A program made the translations under genes and the position numbers. A DNA stretch of 64,000 bases, taken from NCBI GenBank assembly GCA_950097015.1, contig CATNEN010000008.1, positions 310,001-374,000 on the forward strand, read 5' to 3'. Position 1 is the first letter of the stretch; every line of letters starts with the position of its first letter. Positions 57,501 to 64,000 of this stretch are shown one piece after another. This DNA comes from Macrostomum hystrix. Lineage: Eukaryota; Animalia; Platyhelminthes. A model generated the notes under the pieces. That model searched no databases. It worked only from the letters and a program-made list of their open reading frames with translations, and was not told the origin of the DNA.

Positions 57501-60500
57501 CTTTGGCCTGCTTCATCAGGATGCGACAGAGGCCGCGATGGTAGTAGCCCTGCATTTATGGCATAGGACAATATTTGTCTTGATACAGAAGGCTGAATAA
57601 TAGTGCCATTCAGGATCTGGGAGTGGCAACTGAACCCTGAGGATCTGACAGTTTCAACTGATCCCTGAGGATCTGAGAGTGTCAACTGATCTGACAGTGT
57701 CATTTCCTGAAGATTTGACAGTGTCATTTCCTGAGGATCTGACAGTGTCATTTCCTGAGGTCCTGACAGTGTCATTTCCTGAGGATCTGACAGTGTCATT
57801 TCCTGAGGATCTGGCAGTGCCATTTCCTGAAGATTTGACAGTCATTTCCTAAAGATCTGACAGTGTCATTTCCTGAGGTCCTGACAGTGTCATTTCCTGA
57901 AGATCTGACAGTGTCATTTCCTGAAGATCTGACAGTGTCATTTTCTGAGGATCTGACAGTGTCATTTCCTGAGGTCCTGACAGTGTCATTTCCTGAAGAT
58001 CTGACAGTGTCATTTCCTGAAGATCTGACAGTGTCGTTTCCTGAAGATCTGACAGTGTCATTTCCTGAAGATCTGACAGTGTCATTTCCTGAAGATCTGA
58101 CTGTGTCATTTCCTGAGGATCTGACAGTGTCATTTCCTGAGGATCTGGCAGTGCCATTTCCTGAAGATTTGACAGTGTCATTTCCTAAAGATCTGACAGT
58201 GTCATTTCCTGAGGTCCTGACAGTGTCATTTCCTGAAGATCTGACAGTGTCATTTCCTGAAGATCTGACAGTGTCGTTTCCTGAGGGTCTGACAGTGTCA
58301 TTTCCTGAAGATCTGACAGTGTCATTTCCTGAAGATCTGACAGTGTCATTTCCTGAAGATCTGACAGTGTCATTTCCTGAAGATCTGACAGTGTCATTTC
58401 CTGAAGATCTGACAGTGTCATTTCCTGAAGATTTGACAGTGTCATTTCCTGAAGATCTGACAGTGTCATTTCCTGAAGATCTGACAGTGTCATTTCCTGA
58501 AGATCTGACAGTGTCATTTCCTGAAGATCTGACAGTGTCATTTCCTGAGGATCTGGCCTCTAGATAAGGAATTTAAACTCGGTAAAACCTGCACAATAAC
58601 CCCCTATAGATATCAAGCAAAATTGCGTCCAGCAGGTGAATAAGCTTAGTTTTCCGTACGCAAGCACATAACACATAAACACATACGTATACAGAGGGTC
58701 GCTGCATATTTTTTCGGGCCCTAGATTTAGAAGACCCGACACGCTGACAAGTGAAAACTAAATCCTTCGAGAAAAACATGACTTGATGTAATCCATGCCA
58801 CACTTTTAGTATACTGATGAAATTCAATCCCTCATTTCAGTGGTTATTTATCCACAGAATTCACTGGCCCAACAAAGTTTGTGTCTCAGAGGAAAAATTA
58901 GTCAGACAAATTTGCTACAAATTTCGTTTCTTTTGCCTAAGAAACAGTAAGGCTCTTTCTAGGAAAGCTGATGCCCGCTTTCCGTGCTCGATACTCGTAC
59001 ATGAAGAGACGACAGAAGCTTCCGGAAATCAACAAAGGACACCTGAGCCTCTAATAATGGCATAAATTTCTGGAGACCGTCTTTTTTAAAAAATTATTCC
59101 CGCGAAAGCCAATGGATGAAATAAGACACTTCAGATGAATTCTGAGATACACAAAGCTTGGCTACGGTATTAACGATAATTCTTTGAAAACACTTTGGTT
59201 AAATCTGACACGATTCAGTTTCAAGCGCAGCGTAGCCAGCCATCCGTCTGCTAATATGATTGTATGAATATGAGTTTTTCAGTACTTCACAATGTGTCTT
59301 ATTTAACCGGTTGTAGCCTAATGGTTAGAGAGTCGGACACACGACTTTAAGTTCGGGAGTTCGATTCCCGACTCCACTGGAACAATCTGTGTCCTTTTGC
59401 AAGACTTTTAACAGTAGAAAGATGAGGGTGTTTCAAATACCCACACGTGTTTTTCTGTATCTCCCAAATATTCAACCAATAGTCATGAAAAGCCAGAACA
59501 AGGGCTAAACTTTCCGCTCTATCCGATGAAACAACTTCCATAAACACCAATCACCAGAATAATCAATTATTTGTGCCTACTATTACTGAATAAAATTTTT
59601 GGATAAAGTCCTGTAATTTCGATTTAATTAGCCATAACTGTATAATGAATTTGGGTTCGTACTCACATCGGCGAATCCTGGATCGATAGCCAGAGCGGCA
59701 GAGTAGGACTCGAGTCCAGGCCCATAGTTCTGCAGGGCTGTCTGACAGTCGCCAATCAGGTAGTGCACCTGGGCCGCTTCTTTTGGCCAGACCAGCTTCT
59801 TGTCACCGCCCCAAGGTTTCTAGATGAAATTAGATTTAAAGTAGCATATTAATAAGGTGAATCAAAGTGTTTGAGTTTTTGTTAGTCATTAACTGCAGTC
59901 TACTTGATAGAAATATGTATAAAAGTCAGATCAGTAAGATGTTTTGTTTTGAGTAGAAATCGAAGCTCGTAGTTCTAGAAAGAATAAGTAAAGATTAAAT
60001 TTCTTCAGAGTTTCATAGCCTTGCACGCTATGTCTAAAGGGTCATTTGCTTTAGTGCTCCTTTTTGGCACTGGTTTAGTGATGATGACGAAACGAAAATA
60101 TCACTGTTCAAAGCTATTTTTAGCTCTCAAGGACAAGTGGTCACGTGATGTCTGTGAGACGAAAATACCACTGTTCAAAGCTATTTTTAGCTCTCAAGGA
60201 CAAGTGGTCACGTGTTGTTTGCGAAACAAAAATACCACTGTTCAAAGCTATTTTTAGCTCTCAAGGACAAGTGGTCACGTGATGTTTGCGAAACGAAAAT
60301 ATCACTGTTCAAAGCTACGAGTATTTTTAGCTCTCAAGGGCAAGTGGTCACGTGTTGTTTGCGAAACGAAATACCACTGTCAAAGCTATTTTCAGCTCTC
60401 AAGGACAAGTGGTCACTCGATTTTGTCATCTGTATGTCGTCAGTTCAGAAGAGTTACGAAAATCTTTATTTAAGGGCGATGGAAAACCTGATGAGGAACA

Positions 60501-63500
60501 AGAAATCAGACAATGAGTTTTCGAAATTCAAGCTAACATTTTCAAAGATGATAGACAGAGCCTATCATCGACCTGGTAATAAATAGAAACAGATCATTGT
60601 AAATCGATTAGTAGAACTGATTATAAGTCCATTCAGAATCTATATCTATATTTTAATAACGTAGAGGAAATGAAATCTTGGACAAAACGTTACCCGTTCA
60701 ATTTTAAAGGCGTTTTTCTTCTGAAATCGTTAAAAATTCTTTCGCGTCAGTAAATCTAATCGTACTTCAAAAGTAGATTCAGCTGATTGTCGTTTTTTTT
60801 CATTAGCATTAAGAATAAGGATAAAATATTGTCATTAGCGAAATAACAATGAAACTAGATCATGCCTCCGTTGTAGGCCTGGACTTACGAGAATCTCCAG
60901 GCACTCCTGGAAGCTGGCCACCGCATCGGCGAACCGCTTGGCCTTCATCTGGGTGCGTCCCAACAGGAACAGGATGTCCTTGCCCGGCCGAACCCGCGCC
61001 TCCTCCGCCAGCACCTGGATGGCCTCCTCGAACTGGCCGAGGAAACTCAGCACCAGCGCTCGCTGGGTGGGGCTGGCGCCGTCTTCCGACCGGCGACCCC
61101 GGTTCATGGCTGCCGAGTGACTGTCGGAGTGAATAGTGGAGTGACTGTCGGAGTGAATATAAGAGTGACTTTCCGAGTGAATAGAGAAGTGAACAGTGGA
61201 GTGAACGTTGGAGTGAACAGTAGAGTGAACAGTTGAGTGAATAGTGGAGTGAATAGTGAAGTGAACAGTAGAGTGAACAGTTGAGTGAATAGTGGAGTGA
61301 ATAGTGAAGTGAACAGTAGAGTGAACAGGTGAGTAACAGTGGAGTGAATAGTTGAGTCACTGCCAGAGTGAATGTCGAAATGTAACCCAGAGAAAATTAG
61401 CTGATGAAATGATAAAGAATTTGTTATCGCTTGAGTGAATGACTGTTATATATGCCCTGATTATCAAGTGAAAAAGTAGCGAATTAATGTAACTAAGAGC
61501 TCTGATTCCTCTAAAATAATTGTCACTCGTATTTTATAAATACACATCGTAGATTTGATACTTTCATCCAATTTTGGAAAACTGAAACGGAAAGTTGAAA
61601 AGCACAAAATGTAAAATTTTATCATCCACAGGTCGTTGCTGTCGTTGCATTCAGCTAAAGTAGACAAACGCATGCTCAAAGTGTGCTCACCGCACGCAAA
61701 AAGCCGCCATGTTGAGGTTGCCCATCTTGAGTAGTATCTCGCCGCGGACCATGTAGCAGGATGGGTCCATTGGGTTCATGTGGATGCAGCGAGTTATGTC
61801 CAGCAGAGCATTCTGGTACTGAAGCAGGGGCGCAGGTGGCGGCCAATGCTTTCATTTGTCAATTGGGACATCTGCAACACATTCTAACTCGACACAGAAA
61901 TTATATTTCCTCGCCTGTTAGACAGGAAGAACTCGCCTGTTAGACAGGAAGAACTCGCCTGTTAGACAGGAAGAACTCGCCTGTTAGACAGGAAGAACTC
62001 GCCTGTTAGACAGGAAGAACTCGCCTGTTAGACAGGAAGAACTCGCCTGTTAGACAGGAAGAACTCGCCTGTTAGACAGAGAGCTCTTTTACCGTATGGG
62101 CAACATTTCACCCCATAGAAATCCTACGTTAATAATCAGCTCAAATCACCTCTCGCAGGGCCATAAAAGCGTCGGCGCGGCAGCGCACAGCCCTGATGTA
62201 GGTCGGGTCGACATTGATGGCGGCGCTGTAGTGTCGGATGGCCCTGCAAATCAACAAAGATGCCGCTCGCGTTTGTAAAACAGTCTACAGAAATTCTAGA
62301 CACAAAAGAATAAGTCAAAGACTCACAGCGCGTGTCGATCAGTGTGATGGTAAACCAGTCCAAGGTTGACGTGAGCACATGGTATGTCCTGTCTGAGTCG
62401 GACCAGGGTCTCAAAGTCCGGTATGGCGTCCTCCGGCCTGAGAGGCAGAGATTGCGTTGAATGTGAAGACAGGGGGGTGAGTGGCAGAGCGGTTAACGCG
62501 TTTTCCTCTCGAACTAAGGTCCGTGAGCTCGATTCTGCGGCAAGACCACATTAAGTTAGGGCGCAGCCGCGAAAGAAGGTTGGGGGGCTTGTCGTGCAAT
62601 TTATTTCGCCCTTGAGGGCTACGTGAGAGTTTACACTGGCCGACGGTGAGAAACTCAGGGCAGATGTACACACCTGAATATGCTGTGTGCATGTGTACAG
62701 TATCAGTGTGCGTGTGAACATGGGTAAGATCAGGACCAATCAGAGCGATGCAAACCAGAAAATTCTGGAAGCTCAAATGTTTTGTAAAAAAATGAAGAAG
62801 CTTTTGCCACCTGTCCATCTCGCAGTAAAGTATGCCTCGATACATGAAGGCCATGGCATTCTCAACGTCTTCATTAAGCATCACCGAGATTGACAAATCT
62901 CGCAGTGCTTTCTCCGGCTGAGCTCGCCTGAGCAGTCGGCCGCGATGATAGAACGCGATCCAGTTGTACGGATTGAGGTGAATAGCCGATGAGAAGGCCT
63001 GTACAGCAGGGATCATCTGCTGCAGCTTGGCGTAGCACCGCCCGATGTAGGTGTACGCCCGGGAGTCCTTGGGATCTCGGCTGAGCAGCTCCGTGAAGTC
63101 GTTAATGGCGAACTGCCATTGTCTGCGAGGTATGTTCGTGCTTCAATTTCAACTGGCATGAAAGCGATTTCAAGCTTCTCATTATAAGCATTATAGAAAA
63201 CCCAGCAAGAAGTTTGCGAGAATTTCGCTACAAATTAAAATAACACTTTAAAGGCTCAGCTCGGTTTATCGAAGCGGCCAAAGGGGTTGAGTGGCAGAGT
63301 GGTTTAATACGTTTGCCTCACTCGCTCCAAGGTCCCTGAGTTCGATTCCGCGGCGAGGCCACATTCATTTGGGGCGCAGCCCCGGAGAGAAGGCTTGGGG
63401 GCTTGTCGTGCAATTTACGCCCTTGAGGGCCAACCTCCAAGGCAAGAGTGTACACTGCCTGACGATGAGAAAGTCAGGACAGATGTACAAACCAGTGCGA

Positions 63501-64000
63501 GTGTGTGCTCAGGAGGCAGCGGAATAGGCAGAATTTCCTGTTCGCTGGCTGTGGGTCTAGTGTCACCAAATGATGTGCCAGAGCCCTCAGACCTCCAGCA
63601 ATAATGATTACTAGCATCATGATCGAAGCGGCACCTACTCATTCTGGAAGTAGTACAATCCGTGTTTGAACAGAGCGTCAGTCTTGCCCGGACTCAGCTT
63701 GCTGGCCATGGAGTAGTCCTCCAGGGCTAGTCGCATCTCGCCGCGCTGTAATAGACATTTTTGCGGATAGAAACTTTCTTATAGATTCAAATTTCGGTCT
63801 GGCACAAGGTCCCTGAGTTCAAATCTGTGGCGAGACCACATTAATTTGGCACCCACTCCCTGCACAGGAGGAATGTGTCTGGGGAAGTGAAAACATCCCA
63901 CCTTCAAGTCTATCAATCTTACTCACTTTCTCATACAGCCCAGCCCGCTTATAATAGCAGTCAGCGTCGCCAGGGTTGAGCTTGATTGCCTGGCCATAGT
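54571..64000 (-). CDS. TTC6: TTC6-like multi-TPR protein, 3' part (continues past the window). Exons: 64000+-63927, 63745-63639, 63122-62811, 62437-62327, 62243-62150, 61818-61691, 61120-60889, 59819-59667, 57549-56238, 54695-54571
   Basis: Continuous TPR frame after splicing; AYIGRANCYLDFG...ARINLAFSLQMEG...PWECRAVVSLQM...SLAYYNAANVY resembles recalled TTC6 sequence. The acceptor at 61121 was chosen for phase. Confidence 0.85.
54840..55400. repeat. 34-bp G-rich unit GAGGGTGGGGTTTGTGAGGAGTCTAGGGGTCAGT, last TTC6 intron
   Basis: About 16 units. Confidence 0.94.
57640..58552. repeat. 24-bp unit TGACAGTGTCATTTCCTGAAGATC, about 36 copies, TTC6 intron
   Basis: Direct reading. Confidence 0.96.
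59318..59420 (+). mobile_element. SINE family 2 head (pseudo-tRNA)
   Basis: TAGCCTAATGGTTAG A-box, T-arm CGGGAGTTCGATTCCCG, then CTCCACTG...GTGTCCTTTTGCAAGAC shared with 27895-28085. Confidence 0.7.
60090..60415. repeat. 67-bp unit containing GTGGTCACGTG, about 5 copies, TTC6 intron
   Basis: TTCAAAGCT at 60107, 60174, 60241 and 60308. Confidence 0.9.
61121..61370. repeat. Degenerate 12-bp unit (GAGTGAATAGTG) abutting a TTC6 acceptor
   Basis: Direct reading. Confidence 0.88.
61914..62080. repeat. 22-bp unit CCTGTTAGACAGGAAGAACTCG, about 7.5 copies, TTC6 intron
   Basis: Direct reading. Confidence 0.95.
62472..62720 (+). mobile_element. SINE family 1, copy F (3' truncated)
   Basis: GGGGTGAGTGGCAGAGCGGTTAACGCG head and shared body. 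Confidence 0.85.
63279..63621 (+). mobile_element. SINE family 1, copy G, near full length with an 11-bp TSD
   Basis: ATCGAAGCGGC flanks it at 63268-63278 and 63622-63632; A and B boxes, body and AAT tail present. Another head fragment lies at about 63804-63850. Confidence 0.9.

Noticed and set aside
59318-59395. Possible tRNA gene
   Set aside because: The T-arm pairs, but the anticodon and acceptor stems do not; the downstream sequence matches SINE family 2.

Overview
Eukaryotic (animal) genomic DNA with GT-AG introns, GC-rich exons and many CAG/polyQ tracts. It is probably a free-living flatworm such as Macrostomum; this is inferred from style only, and no database was searched. I reconstructed 12 protein-coding loci by hand with phase-consistent splice sites: two tandem C-type-lectin + PAN/apple genes (the first disabled), FCHO, RCOR/CoREST, an arrestin-domain gene, CCDC105/TEKTL1, a taperin/phostensin-like gene, an LC8-type dynein light chain, a G-alpha-i with two +1 frameshifts, B9D1, ANKRD45 and the 3' part of TTC6. 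Mobile DNA comprises a non-autonomous hAT (13-bp TIR, 8-bp TSD) holding a nested DD34D mariner and a perfect 74-bp palindrome, two tRNA-headed SINE families, and an unclassified dispersed repeat. The dominant unexplained feature is about 28 tandem arrays with mostly unrelated 5-67 bp units, roughly 17 kb or a quarter of the window by hand estimate. Many fill an otherwise tiny intron almost from donor to acceptor, several units look like splice signals or transcription-factor sites, and one is translated. A co-oriented ciliary gene run (TTC6-ANKRD45-B9D1) is a candidate trans-spliced operon.
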